From Octopus sinensis (lineage: Eukaryota): DNA of 27,278 nucleotides. Of this stretch, positions 1-10,812 are shown piece after piece. How positions within the stretch are numbered: the first letter of the stretch is position 1; the number at the start of each line of letters is the position of its first letter. Below the pieces are notes generated by a model. It made no database searches, was not told the DNA's origin, and saw only the letters and a program-made list of their open reading frames with translations. The stretch is from positions 1 through 27,278 of the forward strand of contig NW_021834040.1 in NCBI RefSeq assembly GCF_006345805.1. Direction: 5' to 3'. The position numbers and the translations under genes were made by a program.

Positions 1-84
1 GGTCAATATTTTTATGTTACCACATTTGTTTGCAAGTGGGTAACCCTCTGTGCTTCAATTTCTGGGTTCATAGGATTATGCTTA

Positions 85-784
85 AGGTGGCTTCGTCATC
101 ATACGTGCCATCCTTGCTACATTCACCCATCTTTTTTTAAAACATTCGCTAGACAAACTTGCCTCTCTCTCTACTCTCACTTCCTTTTCAAGTGGTACTT
201 GAAGAAGTTGATGAGAGATTGACCAGAGAGGAAGTGTTTGTCTCCAATCCTTTCAGACGCGTCCACCAGATACATTCTTTCGCCATAGCTACAAGGATGA
301 TGAAAATAGCTCTTCCTTCCCGTTTGAAGGAAGGAGGCGTGACGATATTGACGATAGACCAGCTGATAAACCGACTCGTCCCACACGTGACAGCAGTTGT
401 TCGACACAAGCCCACAGGTCGGAAATTGTTGGACACTGCACGAGTGCGTGCAGAACGGTTTCGGGTCGCTCTGACCGCATCTCGGGCAGGTCGGCCCGTC
501 TTTCTCGAGCGTGTCTGTAGAGCTTATCCCGAACGGGTAGCGCTTCTCGGTAGCACTGCCAGGCCAGGGATCTCTGGAGGTGTCCATGGGCCCTGGCCCG
601 AAAGTCGTCCTGAACAGGCGGGTCAGGTACTCCTCGTCGACGTCCAGGTTCGCCCCGAGCTCGTCGTCGTACCTCCCCTCCACTAAACCCCTATAGAATG
701 CTTTGGTTGTGTTGAAGTCACTCAAGGTCGACCCAGGACGGCAGAGTTGCTTGAGAGCAACGCGACACTCGCGGTGCCATTCGC
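85..784 (-). mobile_element. Tx1/L1-like LINE, 5'-truncated, frameshifted ORF2 C-terminus (zf-RVT region); 3' UTR runs off the left edge
   Basis: Minus-strand frames join into TCPRCGQS..ETVLHALVQCPTISDLWACVEQLL (CCHC knuckle), ILVAMAKECIWWTRLKGL and FFKYHLKRK..FKKRWVNVARM, typical of the Tx1/L1 ORF2 end. Needs several frameshifts. The 5' junction abuts (GATA)n. Confidence 0.8.
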
Positions 785-785
785 G

Positions 786-881
<96 letters not shown>

Positions 882-960
882 GGATAGATGGATAGATAGA
901 TAGATAGATACATAGAAAGATAGATAGATAGAGAGAGAGAGGGAGAAAAAGACAGAGAGA
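785..960. repeat. (GATA)n/(GA)n compound microsatellite
   Basis: Directly visible. Confidence 0.97.
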
Positions 961-1404
961 GATGCGATGGGTATGTACATATTTATATATGCATACATTT
1001 CTGCATGAATGCATAAATGCATGTATTACATGCTTTGGAATTCGACAAGACAAATAGAAAAAGAAGACTGCGAGGAAGAGCATTAGCAAAAATCATGAAT
1101 AAACTTTTTTTGTACTCTTTGTATATTTTTCTTTTTATTTAAATAGTTAAAAATATTTCATGACAAAAACAGATTGCAATGAATAAAAGTTGATGCATCT
1201 CCATTGACATTGTAGTTTGCTTTTTTTATTTTTTTCATTGGTGACGAAAATAACGAGCAATTTGCACATACAGCACACACACACACACTCATACACACGC
1301 ACACAAACAACACACACACACGCACACATATATGTGTTTGTGTTCGTATATGTATATGTACATGAACGTACGCATGTTTTCTTTTTCCTTTTTGTCTATT
1401 TTTC

Positions 1405-1411
1405 TTTTGAG

Positions 1412-1444
<33 letters not shown>

Positions 1445-1502
1445 TTTATTATTATTAGTATTATTATATTATTATCATCATTATTATTTTTATATTATTA
1501 TC

Positions 1503-1547
<45 letters not shown>

Positions 1548-1602
1548 CATTATTATTATATTATTATTATTATTACTATTATTATTATTATTACTATTAT
1601 TA

Positions 1603-1637
<35 letters not shown>

Positions 1638-1730
1638 ATTTTGTTGTTATTATTATTACTATTATTATTATTATTATTATTATTATTAGTATAGTAGTAG
1701 TAGTAGTAGTTAGTAGTAGTAGTAGTAATA

Positions 1731-1777
<47 letters not shown>
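1405..1777. repeat. (TAT)n microsatellite with TAG/TAC variants
   Basis: Directly visible. Confidence 0.97.
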
Positions 1778-1852
1778 GAAAAGAGAGGTTTCCTCGCTTG
1801 ATGTGAACTTTAAAAATAACACCAGGACTATCAAAACGAAGGGCGCGTCTAA

Positions 1853-1995
1853 ATAACAACAGCAACAACAACAACAACATAATAATAATAATAATAACAA
1901 TAATAATAATAACAATAATAATAATAATAATAATAATAACAATAATAATAATAATAATAATAATAACAATAATAATAACAATAATGATAATAATA

Positions 1996-2047
<52 letters not shown>
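1853..2047. repeat. (AAT)n/(AAC)n microsatellite
   Basis: Directly visible; reverse complement of the tract at 1405-1777. Confidence 0.97.
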
Positions 2048-2048
<1 letters not shown>

Positions 2049-2339
2049 CAATTGATAATAGCTAAATTGCTACTTGCTCTGAACTGTCACCGTCCGGACT
2101 GGGTCCTGAAATGTCATGTTTAAAGACGTATAAAATGCAAAAAAATATTTTTAAAAAAATAGAATAAAATAAAAGAAGTTTCACACCATTTTAGATCAGG
2201 CATGTTGAGGGCTGGAGGAGGGTTCCTGAATGGAGCCGGGAGCGTGGGAAGGGTGGGTTACTGGAATTGCCGTGTTATGTTTGACTACCCTCTCATCGCG
2301 CACACCCTTCTAACAGGCATCGTTAGGTGGACAATGCAG

Positions 2340-2850
2340 TAATGAACGTCTAAATAAATATATCGCTGTTGATGATAATGTCCTACTTATTTAGCCTTAA
2401 TCCTTGGAGATGATTTCGATACAGAACGAATAGAGAAAAGGTTATTGGTTGAAGAATAATTCCAGTTCTCCATAGCGTCTTGATTTGTTGAGTATATAAA
2501 CGGATCGGTTATTTATTTCTCTCAGGATGGTCAAGATGATGTTGAGACCTATGATGAAGACCAAATAAGGTTCGAAAATCGATCAAGGTGGTTCACTTTT
2601 TTTTTTTTTAAATGGCTGCTTAAATATCTACATGCCTTACATAAATTATATCATCCCTTGATACTGTATGGACTGAGATCCCCGTTGATAGGCCCCTGGT
2701 GTTAAATAGTTTTAAACACCTATGGTACGCTGCTGGATTTGTTGTGCATCTATAAGCGGATTGGCTGATTATATCTCTGGGATTGGTCATATTGATATAG
2801 ACACCTCTGATTAAAATCCGATATGTGTTGAAAATCGGTGAAGGGTTTTC
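2340..2850 (+). repeat. Highly diverged ~256-bp tandem pair, each unit ending in a degenerate minimal hammerhead-like motif
   Basis: Collinear blocks: GATTTGTTG, TATAAxCGGATxGGxT, TCTCxxGGATxGGTCA, GAxACCT, GAAAATCG and AAGG recur 256 bp apart (2551 vs 2807). Confidence 0.5.
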
Positions 2851-3150
2851 ATAATTTCTCTCAACCTACGTAGAAATGGTTAAATTTACCATGCTTGTAT
2901 ATCTCCTACACAGTCGAACTGCGGTTCTCAACCAGTTCGACACCACTCCTTACGCATACATCCCTCGCATAAACACAAACACACAAACGCACAGATACTA
3001 CCACATACACAGACACACACAATGGTTATTTTCTCACTTTCCTGCCTTAGAAAATTACTTTATCTATCTCTTTCCACTTCCGGTCACTTTGTTCATGTAA
3101 CCACACACGTGCATCGACTTTTTTTCCTTCTCCGGACCTTTCCTTTCTCT

Positions 3151-3187
3151 TCTTTCTGATGAAGAGCTCTGCTCGAAATGTAATACA
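3151..3187 (+). ncRNA. Degenerate minimal hammerhead-like motif in a probable PLE pseudo-LTR remnant (~2900-3226)
   Basis: TCTTT-CTGATGA(3156-3162)-A-GAGC/tct/GCTC-GAAA(3175-3178)-TG-TA-ATACA. Core and stem II are intact; stem I matches only 3/5. Confidence 0.5.
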
Positions 3188-3225
3188 CCTACTCTTTTTC
3201 CACCTTTACTGAGCATCAAGCTAAT

Positions 3226-3287
3226 ACATACATACATACATACATACATACATACATACATACATACATAATACATACATACATACA

Positions 3288-3321
<34 letters not shown>

Positions 3322-3359
3322 CATACATGCATGCATGCATGCATACATACATACATACA

Positions 3360-3434
<75 letters not shown>

Positions 3435-3465
3435 ATGTGTGTGTGTGTGTGAGTGTGTGTGTGGG
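3226..3465. repeat. (CATA)n followed by (TG)n
   Basis: Directly visible. Confidence 0.97.
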
Positions 3466-3588
3466 GGTTTTTCGAGTCCCACGCGTACGAAAAGCTTTTT
3501 CCGTCGAGGGCTTCTATGCCCCATTATTAGACTGTTTTCTTTAGTCATTGCGCGGTGATCGCTTATAAACTTTAAGCTTATAAAATAC

Positions 3589-3631
<43 letters not shown>

Positions 3632-3715
3632 ATATGGATGTATGTATGCATATATGTGTGTGTGTATACACACGCTATGTAGATTACTTATTTCCTCTAA
3701 TGCGAGAATTTAAAC

Positions 3716-3792
3716 CTGCACGGGAGCTTCTGCACGGGAGCTTCTGCACGGGAGCTTCTGCACGGGAGCTTCTGCACGGGAGCTTCTGCACG
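3716..3792 (+). repeat. 14-bp minisatellite (TTCTGCACGGGAGC) x ~5.5, ending 4 bp before CTAGT; possible Helitron 3' end
   Basis: Perfect units at 3728-3783 with partial flanking units; CTAG at 3797-3800 followed by T. Confidence 0.85.
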
Positions 3793-4029
3793 ATCGCTAG
3801 TCCGCGAAAAATTTTAATCAAATTTGCCTCAATTCCATTTTCAACCATCTTGGAAAGGAAGAAATACGATAGATAACGTAGTCAGAAATAAATATACAAT
3901 CTAAAATATTTGGCGTGTGGGACGTTTTTCATCAAGGTCTACTTGATGAGGACTAATCTGTATATGAACAACTACTTCTACTTGTAGATGTATTTATCCT
4001 TCTGCAAATTTGAGATGTGTAGGTAATAG

Positions 4030-4520
4030 AGTATATTAGGATGTGGCCCAAATGTGTGGCTTCAAAATAACATAAAAGTGATATGAACATGAGCCAAAGA
4101 CTGTGATAGAAAATGAAACTTACACGATCTGATGGATCTGATCATACTATTGGAGCAAGAAGGACGGATATGATTATAGAAGAGAAAATTAGATAACAGT
4201 GTTATGGTCTTAGACTTTGCAATTGCCAATAGTAACAGATCTGGTACCAAAGAAAGTGAACGAATTGAGTAATATCAGAACCTAGTCAGAGAAGTGAAAG
4301 AGATCGTAGAAGACTAAAATAATAATTCTTGCGGTAATTGGTGCATTTGGCACAACTCCCAAAATACTACCTAAAAGACCGTAATTGAAATTTGCATTAT
4401 CAACATGCAAGATCCTATATTCTGCAAGAATTTTAAGAAAGATGATTGTGATTTGAGGAGACCTGTCGTCACCAACCCTCAAGATAACATTCCTGCTAGT
4501 TAGCAAATGACAACAACGAC
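4030..4520 (+). mobile_element. Decayed RLE-type LINE (R4/Dong-like) restriction-like endonuclease C-terminus
   Basis: Broken frames give YEHEPKTVIENE, DHTIGARRTDM, VLDFAI, YQNLVREV, VIGAFGTTPK and ILYSARILRK, matching the RLE PD-(D/E)xK domain end. Many stops and frameshifts. Confidence 0.75.
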
Positions 4521-5219
4521 ATACCCTGATGCACTACCAGACAGTGGCTCTCATAGTTTTTGAGCTAGGTGCACGGTGATGAAATTTTGGTGTATTCTGA
4601 ACTAAAGTTTTCTTAATCTCGCTGGCGTGGTCCAAATGAGTACAGAGTAGTATGTATGACATCAGTTTAGCTGCAGAGGTTGCTGGAAGAATGATCCCGC
4701 AATAGGCTCCTCTCTGTGTTTATTATAAGGTTTAGTCCCCATTCTTTTTCTCACAAAGCGGTGATATTGAACCGCAGCTGAGAAATCTGTAACACTAGAC
4801 ACAAGTTTATTCTATGTACTGTCAACCGAGAAATGAGGTTCATGTCAGATAAAGTTAGCGCACTATCCATTATGTACTAGCTTCGATTTAATTATTAGTA
4901 TGGATGTTTTATAGCAACAGAGTGATAAAAACAGACCAATGCCGAGTTAAACATCTAAAAGCATTTAGTTCTGTTCTTTTTGCTTTCTTAATATATATCC
5001 TGTTCCAACTGACTTTCCTTTTCCTCTGTCAGAAATCGATAAAATCTATAGGGTTAGTGTGTGTTACCAAAGCAATTACATTTAGCCGTCCGCTACAATT
5101 ATCTACTAATCAGTATATTTAACTTGTGACTGACATAATGTATTGAGTCAAAAATGATTATTGTAATCGATAAAAATTACTTTCGCAATAATAATAACAA
5201 TTACGTTTATGAATATGTG

Positions 5220-5329
5220 TTGCAAGATTCCTGATGAGGAACCGTGTGTTGAAACAGTTATTGTTGTATTTCTTTTCTTTTTTTGAGTGTATTTATTTGG
5301 CACACGAATTCACAACAAGAATCTTGCAA
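5220..5329 (+). ncRNA. Decayed type I hammerhead-like motif
   Basis: 11-bp perfect stem I (TTGCAAGATTC 5220-5230 / GAATCTTGCAA 5319-5329), CTGATGA 5231-5237, GAAA 5251-5254 and a 7-bp stem III remnant (TTGTTGT/ACAACAA). The NUH site is missing and stem II is damaged. Confidence 0.5.
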
Positions 5330-5397
5330 ACCAAATAAAATTACAAATAAAAAATTACCATCCAGAAATACAACAACAATAATAATAATAATAATAA

Positions 5398-5590
5398 TCC
5401 TTCCTACTTTAAGCCCTGAAATTTAGTGGGAGGGAGCAGTCGATTAAGCTGGTACTTAATTTATCAATCTCGAAAGGATTAAAGGCGAAGTCGACTTCGG
5501 CGGAATTTGAACTCAGAACGTAAAGACAGACGAAATGCCGCTAAGCATTTTCCTAGCCGTGCAAACGATTCTGCTAGTTCAAACGCCTCC
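5398..5590 (-). mobile_element. tRNA-derived SINE family A (variant tail)
   Basis: Reverse complement of GAGTTCAAATTCCGCCGAAGTCGAC..GCCTTT.ATCCTTTCG (box B plus conserved central domain). Confidence 0.85.
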
Positions 5591-5606
5591 CATAATGATA
5601 GTAATA

Positions 5607-5639
<33 letters not shown>

Positions 5640-5648
5640 ATGATGATG

Positions 5649-5680
<32 letters not shown>

Positions 5681-5785
5681 GGTGATGATGATGGTGGTGG
5701 TGATGGTGATGGTGATGGTGATGGTGATGATGATGATGATGATGATGATGACGATGACGATGATGATGATGATGGTGATGACGAC

Positions 5786-5832
<47 letters not shown>

Positions 5833-5848
5833 CGACGATGATGATGAT
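5590..5848. repeat. (GAT)n with GGT/GAC variants
   Basis: Directly visible; source of the poly-D/M/S ORFs. Confidence 0.97.
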
Positions 5849-5914
5849 TGCCCTGATGCAGTATCAGACAGTGGATACATTATACCATAACACTCTCTAG
5901 CACTACTGCCAATT

Positions 5915-6030
5915 CCTCTCTCTCTGGACTGGTGTTTATCGTCTTCGAAAGGATGAAAGGCAACCTTGGCCGCGGTAGGGTTTGAATTCAGAACCCAGGG
6001 GACTGGAACAAATATTATAAACCAGTCTAC
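5915..6030 (-). mobile_element. Old degraded SINE (family A-related)
   Basis: CGAAAGGATGAAGGC and GGGTTTGAATTCAGAAC remnants. Confidence 0.55.
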
Positions 6031-6434
6031 TCGACTGACAAATAACTTAAATGCCACAAGTAATTTTTCCCCTTATTTTCTCCCCTAACCCTTTCAATCC
6101 ATTGTCTCGTCTGGATTTTAATACAATAAACTAAAAACGAAAGAAATATATCAACAAAAAATACAACCCTTCTCTCTGTTTGTCTAGCTGTCTGGCTGTC
6201 CGTCCGTCTGTCTCTCTGTCTGACTGACTGTCCGTCCGTCAGTCCGTCAGTTCATCCATCCATCCATCCATCCATCCATATGTATCTATCTATCTATGTA
6301 CATACATATGTACATAATACATGTATATAAACATAATATATACACACATACATGCACATCCAAGCACACACAGACATATACATAATATGTATATATATAT
6401 ATATACATGCATAATACAAGCCACCCCACCACAC

Positions 6435-6467
<33 letters not shown>

Positions 6468-6469
6468 CA

Positions 6470-6696
6470 CGGTGGCAAGCTGGCAGAAACGTTAGCGCGC
6501 CGGGCGAAATACTTAGCGGTATTTCGTCTGCCGTTACATTCTGAGTTCAAATTCCACCGAGGTCAACTTTGCCTTTCATCCTTTCGGGGTCGATAAATAA
6601 AGTACCAGTTTCGCACTGGGGTCGATGTAATCGACTTAATCCCTTTGTCTGTCCTTGTTTGTCCCCTCTATGTTTAGCCCCTTGTGGGCAATAAAG

Positions 6697-6701
<5 letters not shown>
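6470..6701 (+). mobile_element. tRNA-derived SINE family A, full length
   Basis: AGCTGGCAGAAACGTTAG (box A-like), GAGTTCAAATTCC (box B), central GCCTTTCATCCTTTCGGGGTCGATAAATAAAGTACCAG (resembles the MetaSINE domain, from memory), and tail GCCCCTTGTGGGCAATAAAGAAATA followed by (TA)n. Confidence 0.92.
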
Positions 6702-6742
<41 letters not shown>

Positions 6743-7089
6743 TCAGAAAGAGTGTGTACTTGTGTGTGTGAGAGAGAGAGAGAGAGTGAGAGAGAGAGTG
6801 AAAGAGAGAGAAAGAGAGAGAGACAGACAGACAGAAACTGAGCTTCTTGGTTTTGTTAGTATTGATGGGAATGTAGAGTAAGGGATTGCTGTGGATAGAA
6901 AGGGAACGTTAAAAGCAAAATAGATATACAAAGCAAGGAAATATACATTTCACATCGGAAAAAAATACTGTGACCTATTTTCGTCATCGTAGTTTTGGCA
7001 TTGATGACAAGATAGATAGGTAAAACGGTGTGGTGTGTGTGTGTGTGTGGGATGTGGGGTGGGGGTGGGGGTTAGAGGGAAATATCCTA

Positions 7090-7680
7090 ACAACAACAAC
7101 AACTACGATAACAACACCAAACAGGAGAAATTAACTGCGAGAACGCCAAAAGCCACATTCCTCATCAACAGCATCATCATCGCCAAACCAGCATCACCAC
7201 CTCCATCCCCCCACACCACCGCCACCACCACCGCCGCAACCATCACCCCCCACCACCACCACCACCGCCACCACCATCGCGACCACCACCACCACCACAA
7301 CCATCGCGACCACCACCAGAACTACCACCACCAGAACTACCACCACCACTACCACCACCACCACCACCACCACCATAACTACCACCACCACTACCACCAC
7401 CACTACCACCACCACCGCCGCCACCATCGCCACCACCACCGCCGCAACCACCACCACAACCATCGCGACCACCACCACCGCCACCACAACCATGGCGACC
7501 ACCACCACCACCACTACCAAAACCACCACCACCACTACCACCACCAGAACCACCACTACCAGAACCACCACCACCAGAACTACCACCACCACCACTACCA
7601 CCACCACCACCACCACCAGAACCACCACCACCAGAACCACCACCACCACCACCACCACCACTAATACCACTATCACCATG
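7090..7680. repeat. (CAC)n trinucleotide array with recurring variant blocks
   Basis: Directly visible; CATCGCGAC and CACCAGAAC variants recur. Confidence 0.95.
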
Positions 7681-8053
7681 TCTTTTATAATCACTATCAT
7701 TATCCAACCGTTCACAGGACGGTATCAACAGCAAGAATAATAATAATAATAATTTTAAAAAAAGGCAGGAATAAAAAAAGCTTTAGAATTAATAGCTACA
7801 ATGCCACCGGTTAAAAATGTGACTAGTTGTAGCCTAAAAAAAGGGGATAGGATACGAAAGAAAAGCAAGCAAATAAAAAAAAGCAGAGAACATATTAACG
7901 ATGATTAAGAGTTTTAAATAAGAGCGAAACATGTCCAGACTTGTCACTCTGATTACCGGAGATCAGACTTCCTCACTGTATGCTTTCATGGAAATTTTGG
8001 AGATGCCGTTCTTGTATTGGTTAGGAATTATCATTAACGCTAATGAATATACC

Positions 8054-8170
8054 ATTATTATTATTATTATTATTATTGAGTGAGAGAGCAGTGCATGCCA
8101 TCAAAGCAATACTGGGGTAAAATATACAAAGCCCAGTATACCCACCATGAATACCCGTCATTAGTACAAC
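8054..8170 (-). mobile_element. Retroposon 3' end terminating in (AAT)n on the minus strand
   Basis: Minus strand ends GCACTGCTCTCTCACTC(AAT)n, a retroposon-type tail. Family not assigned. Confidence 0.45.
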
Positions 8171-8316
8171 ACTAAGTACAAAACCAAATATATGGCACCC
8201 TAGACATAACACCAACATGGACTTCCAGTTTGTTAGCTCTTGAGGTCTCTGGGTGAGACTTGGAACCAACTTGTACAAATGTAAAGCAAAAGTCAAGCAT
8301 ATAATAAAAAAAAATA

Positions 8317-8347
<31 letters not shown>

Positions 8348-8413
8348 TTGTCTCTTGATGTCTCTGGGTGAGACTTGGAGCCAACTTGTACAGACATAAG
8401 GCAAAAGTCAAAC

Positions 8414-8415
<2 letters not shown>
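8170..8415 (+). mobile_element. Two LINE-like 3' termini (8231-8300 and 8347-8415), each followed by (AAT)n
   Basis: CTCTTGAxGTCTCTGGGTGAGACTTGGAxCCAACTTGTACA..GCAAAAGTCAAxCAT appears twice, each running into (AAT)n. Confidence 0.6.
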
Positions 8416-8461
<46 letters not shown>

Positions 8462-8475
8462 TAATAATAATAATG

Positions 8476-8528
<53 letters not shown>

Positions 8529-8530
8529 TT
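8416..8530. repeat. (AAT)n microsatellite
   Basis: Directly visible. Confidence 0.97.
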
Positions 8531-9298
8531 TTTCTATTAAAGGTACAAGGCCTGAAATTTGGTTGGCGGAGACTAGTCGATTACATCGACCCCAGTGTGT
8601 AACTGGTACTTATTTAATCGACCTCGAAAGGACGAAAGGCAAAGTGGAACTCGGCGGCATTTGAATTCAGAACGTGAAGACATACGAAATACCTATTTCT
8701 TTATTACCCACAAGGGGCTAAACATAGAGGGGACAAACATGGACAGACATAGGTATTAAGTCGATTATATCGACTCCAGTGCTTAACTGGTACTTAATTT
8801 ATCGACCCCGAAAGGATGAAAGGCAAAGTCGACCTCGGCGGAATTTGAACTCACAACGTAACGGCAGACGAAATACAGCTACGCATTTCGCCCGGCGTGC
8901 TAACGTTTCTGCCAGCTCGCCGCCTTTGTATGGGTTTGGACAATATATATATATATATTTCTTTACTACCCACAAGGAGCCAAACACAGAGGGGACAAAC
9001 AAAGACAGACAAACGGATTAAGTCGATTACATCGACCCCAGTGCGTAACTGGTACTTAATTTATCGACCCCGAAAGGATGAAAGGCAAAGTCGACCTCAG
9101 CGGAATTTGAACTCAGAACGTAACGGCAGACGAAATACGGCTAAGCACTTCGCCCGGCGTGCTAACGTTTCTGCCAGCTCGCCACCCTTGGGTTGAACAG
9201 TTCGACCAGGTCTGGTCAAACCGTCCAACCCATGCCAGCATGGACAACAGGCATACGAAATACCGCTACGCATTTCGCCCGGCGTGTAACTCGCCGCC
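8531..9298 (-). mobile_element. Head-to-tail cluster of family A SINEs (8531-8693 partial, 8694-8925, 8957-9187, 9250-9298 fragment)
   Basis: Repeated reverse-complement family A sequence; all copies on the minus strand. Confidence 0.9.
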
Positions 9299-9485
9299 TT
9301 GTGATACACTTGTGATATACATTACAACGTTTTATGACGTGATTTCGAATTCCGCATTTTATCAAAGGTTTTTGTCCTTGCTTTGACGAGGAAATGAGAC
9401 CTTCAGGAATCGGTTAGCAGTGATAGACTTCCCAATATCAAATTTTGTACTTTTTTTTAAATCTTTCTATATTTCGGTAGCAGTT

Positions 9486-9710
9486 AAAGCGGTAAGCTTG
9501 CAGAATCATTAGTGCACCGGGTAAAATGTTTTGCGGTAATTTATCTGTCTTTACATCCTGAGTTCAAATTTCACCGGGGTCGACTGTGCCTTTTATACTT
9601 CCGAGGTCAATAAAATAAGCACCAGTTGAGCACCGGGGTCTAATGTAATTTATGTAACCTTCAACCCCGAAATTGCTGGCCTTGTGCCAAAGTTTGATAC
9701 CGATATTTCG
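9486..9710 (+). mobile_element. Degraded family A SINE (variant tail)
   Basis: GAGTTCAAATTTCACCGGGGTCGAC..GGTCAATAAAATAAGCACCAG. Confidence 0.8.
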
Positions 9711-9890
9711 CTAGCAGTTAGAAGTCTTTCTTCACTATTGTTCTCACTATGAACAACACTTGTTTACAAACTGAAAACCACAACATTTATTTGTGCTTTC
9801 TCAATTCGCAAATCTTCTTGGTAAATAAAACTCTACCTGTAATACCTTTAGGACGGCGTGCGTTATGAATTGTGAACAGCTTCGGGGATA

Positions 9891-10274
9891 GGAAGCACTC
9901 CGTCGGTTACGACGACGAGGGTTCCGGTTGATCCGATCAACGGAATAGCCTGCTCGTGAAATTAACGTTCAAGTGGCTGAGCACTCCACAGACACGTGTA
10001 CTCTTAACGTAGTTCTCGGGGATATTCAGCGTGACACAGAGAGTGACAAGGCCGGCCCTTTGAAATACAGGTACAACAGAAGCAGGAAGTAAGAGTGAGA
10101 GAAAGTTGTGGTGAAAGAGTACAGCAGGGATCACCACCATCCCCTGCCGGAGCCTCGTGGAGTTTTAGGTGTTTTCGCTCAATAAACACTCACAACGCCC
10201 GGTCTGGGAATCGAAACCGCGATCCTACGACCGCGAGTCCGCTGCCCTAACCACTGGGCCATTGCGCCTCCACT
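9891..10274 (-). mobile_element. tRNA-derived SINE family B, full length, with 12-bp target-site duplication
   Basis: Head GGAGGCGCAATGGCCCAGTGG (box A) and GGTTTCGATTCC (box B). TSD GCTTCGGGGATA at 9879-9890 and 10275-10286. Near-identical copy at 23594-23975. Confidence 0.93.
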
Positions 10275-10812
10275 GCTTCGGGGATAATGCTAAGCGAAAT
10301 TTGTTCGGGGTGTGAAGATTTTGTGTTCAAATTCCGCCGAAGTCAACTTTGTGTTCCATCCTTTCGATATTAACTAAGATCAATGGCATATTGTGAATAA
10401 GATGTAATGGAATGATGTGGGCTTTTTTTAAGGATTAGATGATTAAATCTATTTCCAATCCTCTCAATTCTGTGTTCGATTTCTGCCGCAGCCGATTCAG
10501 CTTTCATTCGTCTTTAACCGATAGATTAACTTATCTGATAGACTAAATTACCAGTTCATGTGCAGAGATTAATCTAAAATACTATGGCCATCTTCAATAA
10601 AATATACGATCCTGAATCGATAGAAGATTTTGTATTCGTTACTGCCGCTGTAGCTGATGTTTCTTTTACTAAAAATTCTTGTTACTCTTGCTGTCAGTGA
10701 AACAGCTTCGATATTAACTAAAAAAAAATGTAAACAAATAAATTTTTTTTAAAACTTGAAAGTGAAGAAATGGATGAAAAAGGTTTGGGTAAATATTGTT
10801 AGGGTAGTGTTA

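Noticed and set aside
159-686. 175-aa plus-strand ORF
   Set aside because: It is the antisense shadow of the Tx1-like ORF2.
2400-2850. Minus-strand open stretches suggesting a LINE ORF1
   Set aside because: No convincing motif; the duplication is better explained by plus-strand hammerhead units.
3716-3792. CRISPR-like regular repeat
   Set aside because: The units are contiguous with no spacers, no cas genes are present and the context is eukaryotic.
9325-9410. Minus-strand CTGAAGG...GAAATCACGTC
   Set aside because: A9 is mutated and there is no stem I complementarity.
9891-10274. tRNA-like sequence (also the heads at 6470, 17871 and 23975)
   Set aside because: These are SINE heads with box A/B followed by SINE bodies; there is no complete cloverleaf.
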